Below, in pieces: positions 19,016-27,401 of a DNA stretch of 64,000 bases. This DNA is from a virus (taxonomy: Duplodnaviria > Caudoviricetes), in IMG/VR virus record IMGVR_UViG_3300010338_000575; one strand, 5' to 3'. The number at the start of each line of letters is the position of its first letter. The first letter of the stretch is position 1. Below the pieces are notes generated by a model. That model was given only the letters and a program-made list of their open reading frames with translations. It had not been told where the DNA came from and did no database searches. The translations under genes were made by a program, and so were the position numbers.

Positions 19016-19023
19016 GTATTTAT
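19016..19023 (+). promoter_or_regulatory. Putative phage late promoter GTATTTAT
   Basis: Directly after the terminator, upstream of ATG 19058. Confidence 0.7.
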
Positions 19024-19057
19024 TATTAAAATAATAAAAATAAATAATATTAATTTT

Positions 19058-21586
19058 ATGTCTAATTTCGATTTTAATTCATTTTTAGATAAATTTAAAA
19101 AAATATCAACTTTTATTGGTAGAATTAATTTTGCTAATGAACATTTAGAAAAAATCGGTAGTGGTAGTGGTAGAGTTGTTTATAAAATTGATGATTATAG
19201 AGTATTTAAAATAGCAAAAAACAATAAAGGTGTTGCACAAAATGAAGTTGAAATAAGACTTAGTGATGATATATATGCTCCTGATATAATTACTAAAATA
19301 TACGAATATGCAGATGATTATAGTTGGATTATTGCTGAAAGGGCAAAGAAATTATCATTGGGTAGATTTAGAGAATTGACAAATGTTAATGATTTGTATA
19401 AATTAAAAAACTATTTAGAATGTTCAATAAACCCTAATAAATGTTATTATGGTAATGTTGACGAATTGAATAAAATATTTGATGATAATGAATTTGCACA
19501 AGAATTGTTAGATTTGGTAGTAAATTTTAGTATAAGCGTTGGTGATTTTGGTAGATTAAGTAGTTATGGCGAAGTGGTTCGAGATGGTGAATCTCTTGTT
19601 GTTATTACCGATTATGGTCTCAATGATGAGGTGTATGAAAAGCATTATAATCCACAAAGAAAGGGGAATTTAAAACTATATGAAGTATTTCCATTTTTTG
19701 ATGGTAATTACGATATATTATCAAATGTAAGTGGTGATGGTGATATAAGAAAATCAATGTGGGCATTATTACCATATGGTGTTGGTGATGGTATTAATGC
19801 TGTTAATGAAAATTTTGTTAATTTTGTTTTAAAAAACGATAAATATCCATCCAAACCAATAAAGGATATATATAAATTAGAAAATTGTTATGTTGATTGT
19901 GTATCTAATTTAAAAAATATATTAATCAATATCGCAGATATTGATGATAGAAAAAGATTCATTACTAATTTAGTTAAATTACAGGAATATTTAAATAAAC
20001 ATAGTGTATTTGGTTTTGATGAAATATTAACAGAAGATATTGATGATGATGCAATACCTAAAGTTGATAAATATAATAGTCCTTTTGTTGATTTAAATTA
20101 TTGGTATAACATTGCTAATGATTTAAGCGAAATGTTGGGTTTGGGTGGTTTAAAATATATAAAAGGTGGTGGTTTTGGACATGCATATAGAGCGGGGGAT
20201 AAGGTATTAAAATTGACAGTAGACCCATGTGAAATTGATTCTGGGATAAAAATTATGGGTGTTAATAATGCTGTAAAACATTTAGTCCATGTTTATAAAC
20301 TCTATAAAGTTTTTAATACTGAAAAGAATTTATCGTTTTTTATATTGGTTTTGGAATATATTGATACAACACGTAATTCAGAATTTAAACAATACTATGA
20401 TGTTGGTAGTGATATTTTAAAAAAGTGGGATTTATTCGATAGTGTTTTTAATTTTATATCAAAATTAAAGAATAAAAATTATACATTAGAAATGTATAAA
20501 AATGCAATTGATCATATATTAACCGACGATGCTTTAGGCTATGATTACGAAACGAGAAAAAATGCACATAAATTTTGGATGGAATTGTATCTAATAAAAA
20601 ATGAAATAAATGAATTGAATATTAAATCAACTGATTATTTAAATTGGGATAATCTTGGTTATAGGGGTGATGTATTGGTTTTTTTTGATTTAGGTGGTTG
20701 TCGCCCAGATGAAAATGTTGAGAACAAAATTCCTCTTATTAAATTACCAGAAAACGTTGAATACATTAATGAAAATTTAAATTATGATGAAATTGCAAAT
20801 AAAATAGCAAATAAATTAAATATTAAGGTATTTGATAGAATTGGTGCTGGTAATTTTGGTGTTGCATATGACATTGGTAATAATTTGGTTATGAAAATAA
20901 CAAATGATAGTAGTGAAGCGTATGAAAATTTGAAATTAATTGGTAAGCCATTAAAATATATTGCACAACCATATAAGGTATATAATGTAAATAAAAATGA
21001 CAATAGTGTTACAAAAAAATTATATGTTATTATTTTAGAAAAATTAAAAACAAGTTCAGATATTCGACAATCCTTTGAAAGATTAACATATGTTTTTAAG
21101 AATATTTTTAATATTGATTTGCCCGATGCTGTTGAACATTTTTTAGATATTTGGAAAAACGATAAGATTGATGTGAATAAAATAAATGCATATTTTAGAA
21201 AAAATCCACATGATGCAGAATTTTTCAACGGATTATTAAATATTGGAAAAGAATTGATGAAATACGATATTGTAAGTATGGATTATTTAAAATGGGAAAA
21301 TCTTGGTTATAAAAATAATAATATTGCATTTTTTGATGTTGGATTTGGTAATTATTTTAATTCACCAGATGATGCAGAAACAATTGATATTGATGAGGAT
21401 GGTAGTTCATTATATTCAACCACTAATACTATTGGTAATGATGATTATCCCGTTTATAATCAGGATAATATTCCACCAACAATTGATAATAATATTGATG
21501 TGAATACTGCAATATATTCGGAAAATAAAAAATCATTTCTTCCAAATTCAAAAATTGTTACGATTAAAAAAAAAAGTGTAAATTAG
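19058..21586 (+). CDS. N-terminal part of a giant multidomain protein: three protein-kinase-like domains
   Basis: Gly loops GSGSGRVVY, GGGFGHAY, GAGNFGVAY; Lys in FKIAK, LKLT, MKIT; DYG, DLG, DVG. Continues in the -1 frame at the A10 run 21566-21575. Confidence 0.8.
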   Translation: MSNFDFNSFLDKFKKISTFIGRINFANEHLEKIGSGSGRVVYKIDDYRVFKIAKNNKGVAQNEVEIRLSDDIYAPDIITKIYEYADDYSWIIAERAKKLSLGRFRELTNVNDLYKLKNYLECSINPNKCYYGNVDELNKIFDDNEFAQELLDLVVNFSISVGDFGRLSSYGEVVRDGESLVVITDYGLNDEVYEKHYNPQRKGNLKLYEVFPFFDGNYDILSNVSGDGDIRKSMWALLPYGVGDGINAVNENFVNFVLKNDKYPSKPIKDIYKLENCYVDCVSNLKNILINIADIDDRKRFITNLVKLQEYLNKHSVFGFDEILTEDIDDDAIPKVDKYNSPFVDLNYWYNIANDLSEMLGLGGLKYIKGGGFGHAYRAGDKVLKLTVDPCEIDSGIKIMGVNNAVKHLVHVYKLYKVFNTEKNLSFFILVLEYIDTTRNSEFKQYYDVGSDILKKWDLFDSVFNFISKLKNKNYTLEMYKNAIDHILTDDALGYDYETRKNAHKFWMELYLIKNEINELNIKSTDYLNWDNLGYRGDVLVFFDLGGCRPDENVENKIPLIKLPENVEYINENLNYDEIANKIANKLNIKVFDRIGAGNFGVAYDIGNNLVMKITNDSSEAYENLKLIGKPLKYIAQPYKVYNVNKNDNSVTKKLYVIILEKLKTSSDIRQSFERLTYVFKNIFNIDLPDAVEHFLDIWKNDKIDVNKINAYFRKNPHDAEFFNGLLNIGKELMKYDIVSMDYLKWENLGYKNNNIAFFDVGFGNYFNSPDDAETIDIDEDGSSLYSTTNTIGNDDYPVYNQDNIPPTIDNNIDVNTAIYSENKKSFLPNSKIVTIKKKSVN

Positions 21587-24500
21587 GTGGTTTAGGTAAT
21601 GTAAGTGCTGCTTGTAATCAGGGTGATATTAATAATTTATCATTTTCATTTGTTAAAGAAAGTGTTGGTGATAAGTTATTTCAAAATAAATTTCAATACA
21701 AGTCTGATTTTGATGATTTTGAGAAAAAATATAGAAAAGAATTTGCAAATGATTCAGAAAATATTGTATATTCAGAAGATAATGATTTTTTTATTATAAA
21801 AAATCCCAATAATATAAATAATTTAGATTCAGATGTTCGTGCTATTGGTGATGATGATGGTAATTTGTACGTTGAATCATATCCCAAATATACACATTCT
21901 GATATGCATAATATTTTAAGGTATAAAGGAGTATTAACAAAAAGTTATGATGAGAATTGGCATAAATCATACCCTAAAAATTATATCTATTTACAAAGAA
22001 TTGGTGATACCCAAATATTTGTATTAGCAGAATCGTATTTAATTTTAATATATGATGATGATAGATTTCCCGAAAATTATGATTTGCCTTCAAGAGAAGA
22101 AGTATTACCAGTATTTAAATTGTTTTTAGATAAATTAAAACAAAAAAATCCAAATATTGATTTTGTTAATGAATATATTAATTATTATGTGAATGAAAAT
22201 ATTAATGAAAATGATGATATGAATAATAACGGTGAAAAATACTATCGTGCCGTTGATAAATATTTAGGCAAATATGCTAAATTTAAACCAAATGGTTATT
22301 ATGAAGCAATTGATGATAACAATAATCCCATTTTCAAATATGATTCATTTTGGGAAAGTGAAATACCCGAAATTGCTGCTAGTAAACTTATCGGTGGTGC
22401 AATTATGGGTTTATATTCAATGTATTTAGAAAATAAAAAAACACCCAAAACGTTTTATATATATGAAATCAATGAAAAACCAGACATTGATATATCACAT
22501 TGGAATATGGGTGATTTTGCGTATTTGAAAGAGGTTCGATATAGGAGACCTGTTAGTGGTCGTTATGTTGGAAAATTTATATTTGATGATGACACAATAA
22601 AAAGATTTGAAGTGTTTTATGAAATAAACAATATTGATGGTTGGGGAAGTGAGTATGATATTGATGATGAAACGATTGAATTATTTAATAAAACGAATTT
22701 TGGTGAATTGTTACGTGATTTAAAAAATAAATTAAGTGAAAATAATAAAATTAATGAAAATGATTTAATTAAATTACACGAACTACCGTTTAAAGATGAG
22801 ATTAAAAAATTAGGTGGTAAAATATATAGTGTTGGTGGTGCTGTTCGTGATGAATTTCTCGGAAAAAAATCAAAAGATTTGGATTTACTAATTACTGGAA
22901 TCCCAATGAATAAATTGGAAGAAATATTATCAAAATATGGTCGTGTTGATGTTGTTGGTAAGTCTTTCGGTATTTTAAAATTTAAACCAAATGGTTTTGA
23001 AGATGATATTGATATTGCGATTCCTCGTACTGAAAGACCAACTGGTGCTGGTGGGCATAAAGGTTTTGAAGTAATATCAAATCATGAACTTCCAATTGAA
23101 AAGGATTTAGAACGTAGAGATTTTACAATTAATGCAATTGCGAAAGATATTAATGGTAATATAATTGATCCATACGGGGGTGTTGATGATTTAAAAAATA
23201 AAATAATACGTATTGTTAATCCAGATGCGTTTAGTGATGACCCATTAAGAATGCTTCGTGCAGTACAATTTGCAAGTCGTTTTGGTTTTAATATTGAACC
23301 CAAAACATTGAAAATGATTCAGAATAATGCACATAGAATCAATGAAATATCATCTGAGAGAATATTGACAGAATTTGATAAAATTATAAAAAAGGGTGAT
23401 TGTTTTACTGGTGCGTTTTTATTAAAACAAACAGGGTTATTAAAAAATATATTTGGTAAAGATGGTGGTATTTTGATTAATGATGATGTTTGGAATAATG
23501 TTAGGACGATGGGTGAATTTATTTATTTACTTTCACATAATATTGTTGATAACCCTGCTGAGTTTTATAAAAAGAAATTAAAGGGTGATATTGATACATA
23601 TAAAGAAATAAGGGCACTTCAATTAGCATTTGAATATGGTGATGTAAATAATCCAATCGAATCACGTTCAATTGCACATAATATGTATGTTATAAGTCCC
23701 AAAACATTAGATAGTATGATTTTACCTAATAGTATAAAAATTGCTGCAAATGAATTATTATCAGGTAAATATCCGAAAACTATTAATGAACTTAAAATAA
23801 ACGGAAATGATTTAATTTCAATGGGATTGAAGGATAAGGAAATTGGTAAAATGTTAAAACAACTATTATTAAAAATATATGCAGATAAGATAGTTAATGA
23901 TAAAAAAACATTACTTGATTTTGTGAAAAATAGTACACAAAAAATTAATGAGAATGGTGTATCATTATCGCATCTAAATTATAGTTTAAGATATCCTAAT
24001 AAAGACGTATTAGTGTTTGTGCCTGTTGATAAATTATTATCACGACACGAAATAGATGATCCAGATTACGCAATTACTAATAAAAATAATCAAATTGGCA
24101 ATCGTGTTGAAAGAGCAAAAGAATTTTTACAAAATTATGTTGATGATATTTGTTGGATTAATCCACAAACTGGTGTGCGTAATGATAAATATAATGTAAT
24201 TTTTGAACCATCAATTGCATATTTTTATAATAATAAATTAAAATTTAGTGATGGTAGGCATCGAATATTGGCTGCGAAAGAATTGGGTTATGATAAAGTT
24301 GCGCTTGAAATACCACAAGAACAATTAGATTTATTTGTTAACGAATTGGATGCGGAAATTGTTGATAAAAAAATAAATGAGGGAAAATGGTATGTTGATG
24401 GTAAATTGGTTGATATTAATTTTTTTATAAAAAAATTTGATGAATGGAATCAAAAAAACGGTGGTAAGTTTGAAATAACAAGAGAAGTTGTAAAAAATTT

Positions 24501-24618
24501 TTTAATATCAAATTTTAAAAAATTAAGCAACAATAAATGGTTATTTAATGAATTGGTATGGGCGTTAAATGATAGAGATTTGTTAAATGAAAATCTTTCT
24601 AAACGTGATAATAATTAA
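21568..24618 (+). CDS. cca: C-terminal part of giant protein: ART-like, CCA-adding enzyme and ParB/Srx-like domains
   Basis: Frame of ORF 21865 is open back to the A10 run (KKKCKLGGLGNVSAACNQGD...). VGGAVRD..DLD, RRDFTINAIA, DDPLRMLR (class II tRNA nucleotidyltransferase); SDGRHR (ParB). Confidence 0.8.
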   Translation, partial: KKKCKLGGLGNVSAACNQGDINNLSFSFVKESVGDKLFQNKFQYKSDFDDFEKKYRKEFANDSENIVYSEDNDFFIIKNPNNINNLDSDVRAIGDDDGNLYVESYPKYTHSDMHNILRYKGVLTKSYDENWHKSYPKNYIYLQRIGDTQIFVLAESYLILIYDDDRFPENYDLPSREEVLPVFKLFLDKLKQKNPNIDFVNEYINYYVNENINENDDMNNNGEKYYRAVDKYLGKYAKFKPNGYYEAIDDNNNPIFKYDSFWESEIPEIAASKLIGGAIMGLYSMYLENKKTPKTFYIYEINEKPDIDISHWNMGDFAYLKEVRYRRPVSGRYVGKFIFDDDTIKRFEVFYEINNIDGWGSEYDIDDETIELFNKTNFGELLRDLKNKLSENNKINENDLIKLHELPFKDEIKKLGGKIYSVGGAVRDEFLGKKSKDLDLLITGIPMNKLEEILSKYGRVDVVGKSFGILKFKPNGFEDDIDIAIPRTERPTGAGGHKGFEVISNHELPIEKDLERRDFTINAIAKDINGNIIDPYGGVDDLKNKIIRIVNPDAFSDDPLRMLRAVQFASRFGFNIEPKTLKMIQNNAHRINEISSERILTEFDKIIKKGDCFTGAFLLKQTGLLKNIFGKDGGILINDDVWNNVRTMGEFIYLLSHNIVDNPAEFYKKKLKGDIDTYKEIRALQLAFEYGDVNNPIESRSIAHNMYVISPKTLDSMILPNSIKIAANELLSGKYPKTINELKINGNDLISMGLKDKEIGKMLKQLLLKIYADKIVNDKKTLLDFVKNSTQKINENGVSLSHLNYSLRYPNKDVLVFVPVDKLLSRHEIDDPDYAITNKNNQIGNRVERAKEFLQNYVDDICWINPQTGVRNDKYNVIFEPSIAYFYNNKLKFSDGRHRILAAKELGYDKVALEIPQEQLDLFVNELDAEIVDKKINEGKWYVDGKLVDINFFIKKFDEWNQKNGGKFEITREVVKNFLISNFKKLSNNKWLFNELVWALNDRDLLNENLSKRDNN

Positions 24619-24672
24619 ATAATTAATATTATTAATGAAAATAATTAGTTTTATATTCAATATAAATATAAT

Positions 24673-24834
24673 ATGAAAGAAGCAAAAAAAATTAAACCAG
24701 AAGATGTTGCAAAATATCTTGATTTGGAAATTGAATATGATAATGCATTATTATTAGAAGAAATGTTAAAAAAAAATTATGAAATTATAATGTCAGATTA
24801 TTTTGAAAATAATAACATTAACATAAAAAAATAA
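24673..24834 (+). CDS. 53-aa hypothetical protein resembling the C-terminus of the downstream ArdC-like protein
   Basis: Not in ORF track; IKPEDVAKYLDLEIEY vs ITPMDVAKVLGVTDEY in ORF 25095. Confidence 0.5.
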   Translation: MKEAKKIKPEDVAKYLDLEIEYDNALLLEEMLKKNYEIIMSDYFENNNINIKK

Positions 24835-24842
24835 ATTTTATT

Positions 24843-26387
24843 ATGAAAAAAAATATTAATGAAGCCTTTGTTGTTAGTAAAAGGTTTGATAAAAAAGGAA
24901 ATCCAATTGCGTTTATTGATCCAACCAAACCCGAAAATAATAACACATTTAAATATAAAGATATTTTAAAAGATTATGGTGCTAAATGGGATGGTGAAAA
25001 TAAATATTGGTTTTGGTATATTGGAAAAAATAAAGAACAATGGAATAATGTCTATCATAAATTTATCGAACCAGCATAAAAAAAAATACATTCAATGGAA
25101 AATGTTGGTGAGGATGATAGTAAACAATCATTGATTAAATCAATAGAAAATGTATTAGAAGAACTTAATAATACGCCAGTTGGTAGTGATGAAAATGTTA
25201 CTAATAACGATAAGTTTGATGTTAAAAATAGATTGCAAAAATTTAAAGAAATGTTAATTAATATTGATAATGATGAAGATTTTAAAAAAACAATGAGATC
25301 AATATTAGCATTTAAAAACTTATTGGGACACATATATAGTTTTCGTAATACATTGCTCATTTATATACAAAGACCAGATGCTCAAATGGTGAAAAGTGAG
25401 TTGAATTGGAATGCCGTAAATAGAGAAGTTGTTGATAAATCAAAAAGAATACTAATTATAGCACCAGCGAGAAGTGCTTTTAAAAGATACACACCTGATG
25501 AGAAAAAAAGAATTATCATTAATTTTTTAAATTCGTTGGGTAAAAAATCAGAAGATGAATTAACATTAGGTGAAAAAGAAAAATTAAGAGTATTGTTGCG
25601 TGGTAAATTGGTGAAAAATGAATTTGAATTAGCACCTGTTTATGATATTACTGATACTAAACAAATTGAAGGTAAAGAGAATTTGGTAAAAGATGTTGAT
25701 GATTTCATAAATATGAAATGGTATGTTGATGATTATAAAACGAGTGAAATAACACCATTATATAACGCTTTATTAAAATTTGCCGATGAAAATGGAATAT
25801 CTATTAGTTTTGAGGAAAAAGATTCTAAAATATTAAAAGGAGCAAGGGGTGCTAGTATTGGTGGTAAGATTTATGTTTTAAAGAACGATGGTAATGATGT
25901 TGGAATTACAAAAACACTTGCACACGAAATATTTCATGAATTGCTACATCAAAAATATTTAAGTCAAAAAAATTCAAAATATGCAGCATATTTTGTCGGT
26001 AATGAGAATGGTAGGGGATTGGTTGAACAACAAGCAGAATTATCTGCATGGATGTTATTGGCATCGTTTGGTTTTGATTTAAAAACCACATCAATAAATT
26101 ATGTTGCAATTTGGGGTGCTGATAAGGATGCAATGGTTCGTGTGTTTGATACAATTGCAAATGTTGTGAATTTTATGATAGATTATGTAAATGGTGTAAT
26201 CACAACATTTGCATCAACAAATGTGAAATTAAGTGAGGTTGAAAATATTGTAAAAAAAGGAAAACATATCACGCCAATGGATGTTGCAAAGGTGCTTGGA
26301 GTTACCGATGAGTATAAAGAAGTTCTGAGTGATTTAAGAAATAAAATTAATGAACATTTTTATAGATTTGTAAAAAGAAAATTATAA
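24843..26387 (+). pseudogene. DUF5710-like + ArdC-like ssDNA-binding + zincin metallopeptidase protein, interrupted by in-frame TAA at 25077
   Basis: ORFs 24843 and 25095 are in the same frame with one stop between them (PA*KKIHSMEN). KDILKDYGAKWDGENKYW, YSFRNTLLIYIQRP, HEIFHELLH, EQQAE. Confidence 0.65.
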
Positions 26388-26405
26388 AAATTTTGAAATT
26401 TTTTA

Positions 26406-26413
26406 TACCTTTG
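26406..26413 (+). promoter_or_regulatory. Bacteroidota -7 element TACCTTTG
   Basis: TAnnTTTG 20 nt upstream of the 2H gene; canonical -33 spacing not evident. Confidence 0.5.
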
Positions 26414-26432
26414 TAAAAAAAACATAAAAACT

Positions 26433-26810
26433 ATGAATAAAATTCGATATAGTGCAGTTGTATTGGATGAAAAATCACATAATGAAATTGTTAATCGATT
26501 TAAAACAATAATTCCAACTGGTTGGGAAATAATTGCACATCACATGACGATTAATTTGGGTGAACTTGATGAAAAATATAAAAAGTATTTAAATAAATCA
26601 GTAAAATTAATTGCACATGATATTGGTATTGATGATATGGCGGTTGCAGTTGGAGTGTCTGGTTTTTTTAGTAAAAATAAAAAACCACATATCACATTAG
26701 CGGTTAATAGAAAAAATGGTGGTAAACCTGTAATGTCGAATTATATAAATGATTGGATGCCATTAACAAATCCAATCGAATTAATTGGTATTGTTAAAGA
26801 AATTGAATAA
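26433..26810 (+). CDS. 2H phosphoesterase (tRNA-ligase CPDase-like 2',3'-cyclic phosphodiesterase)
   Basis: Two HxT motifs, HHMTI and PHITL; KPVMSN motif. Confidence 0.8.
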   Translation: MNKIRYSAVVLDEKSHNEIVNRFKTIIPTGWEIIAHHMTINLGELDEKYKKYLNKSVKLIAHDIGIDDMAVAVGVSGFFSKNKKPHITLAVNRKNGGKPVMSNYINDWMPLTNPIELIGIVKEIE

Positions 26811-26812
26811 TT

Positions 26813-27370
26813 ATGATAAAAAGATTAGTAGCGTTTGATTTTGATGGTACTTTAATAGATTCACCATTACCTGAATATGGTAAATTAGTTTGGTCTGAAA
26901 AAAAGGGAATTCCATATCCACATTCTGGTTGGTGGAGTAAACCAGAAAGTCTTGATATTGATGTTTTTGACATAAAACCCAATCCCGTTGTATATTCGCA
27001 ATATTTAAAAGAAATATCAACACCAAACACATATGTTATTATATTAACATCGAGACTAAAAAAATTAGAAGAACAAATTAAATTGGTATTAGAACAAAAC
27101 AATATATTTGTTAATGAAATCAATACAAAAAATACAAACGAAACTAAGGGAATTAGAATACTAAAATATTTAGACAAATTTCCTGAAATAAATGAGATTT
27201 CAGTATTTGATGATAGTATTGATGTGATTGAAAATGAATACAATACAATTAAACACTTATTACCAGATAATTTATCGTTTAATATATATTTTGTTAATAA
27301 TAATAAATTAACATTAGTTGAATCAAAAATAATTGATATTATTAGGGATGAATTAATAAAATTAATTTAA
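26813..27370 (+). CDS. HAD phosphatase, Swiss-army-knife RNA-repair type
   Basis: FDFDGTLIDSP...GWWSKPESL, LTSR, TK, FDD motifs. Confidence 0.75.
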   Translation: MIKRLVAFDFDGTLIDSPLPEYGKLVWSEKKGIPYPHSGWWSKPESLDIDVFDIKPNPVVYSQYLKEISTPNTYVIILTSRLKKLEEQIKLVLEQNNIFVNEINTKNTNETKGIRILKYLDKFPEINEISVFDDSIDVIENEYNTIKHLLPDNLSFNIYFVNNNKLTLVESKIIDIIRDELIKLI

Positions 27371-27372
27371 TA

Positions 27373-27380
27373 GTATTTAT
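27373..27380 (+). promoter_or_regulatory. Putative phage late promoter GTATTTAT
   Basis: Upstream of ATG 27402. Confidence 0.65.
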
Positions 27381-27401
27381 TATATAATAAATAAAAATTT
27401 T

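Noticed and set aside
22770-23930. Poly(A) polymerase
   Set aside because: Lacks the GRRF-type PAP signature (has GKSFG) and keeps the CCA-type DDPLR motif
21584-25079. Stop-codon reassignment as the cause of broken genes
   Set aside because: TAG 21584 results from a frame change and readthrough soon hits another stop; 25077 is TAA, the main stop codon; TAG and TGA end normal genes elsewhere, so code 11 fits
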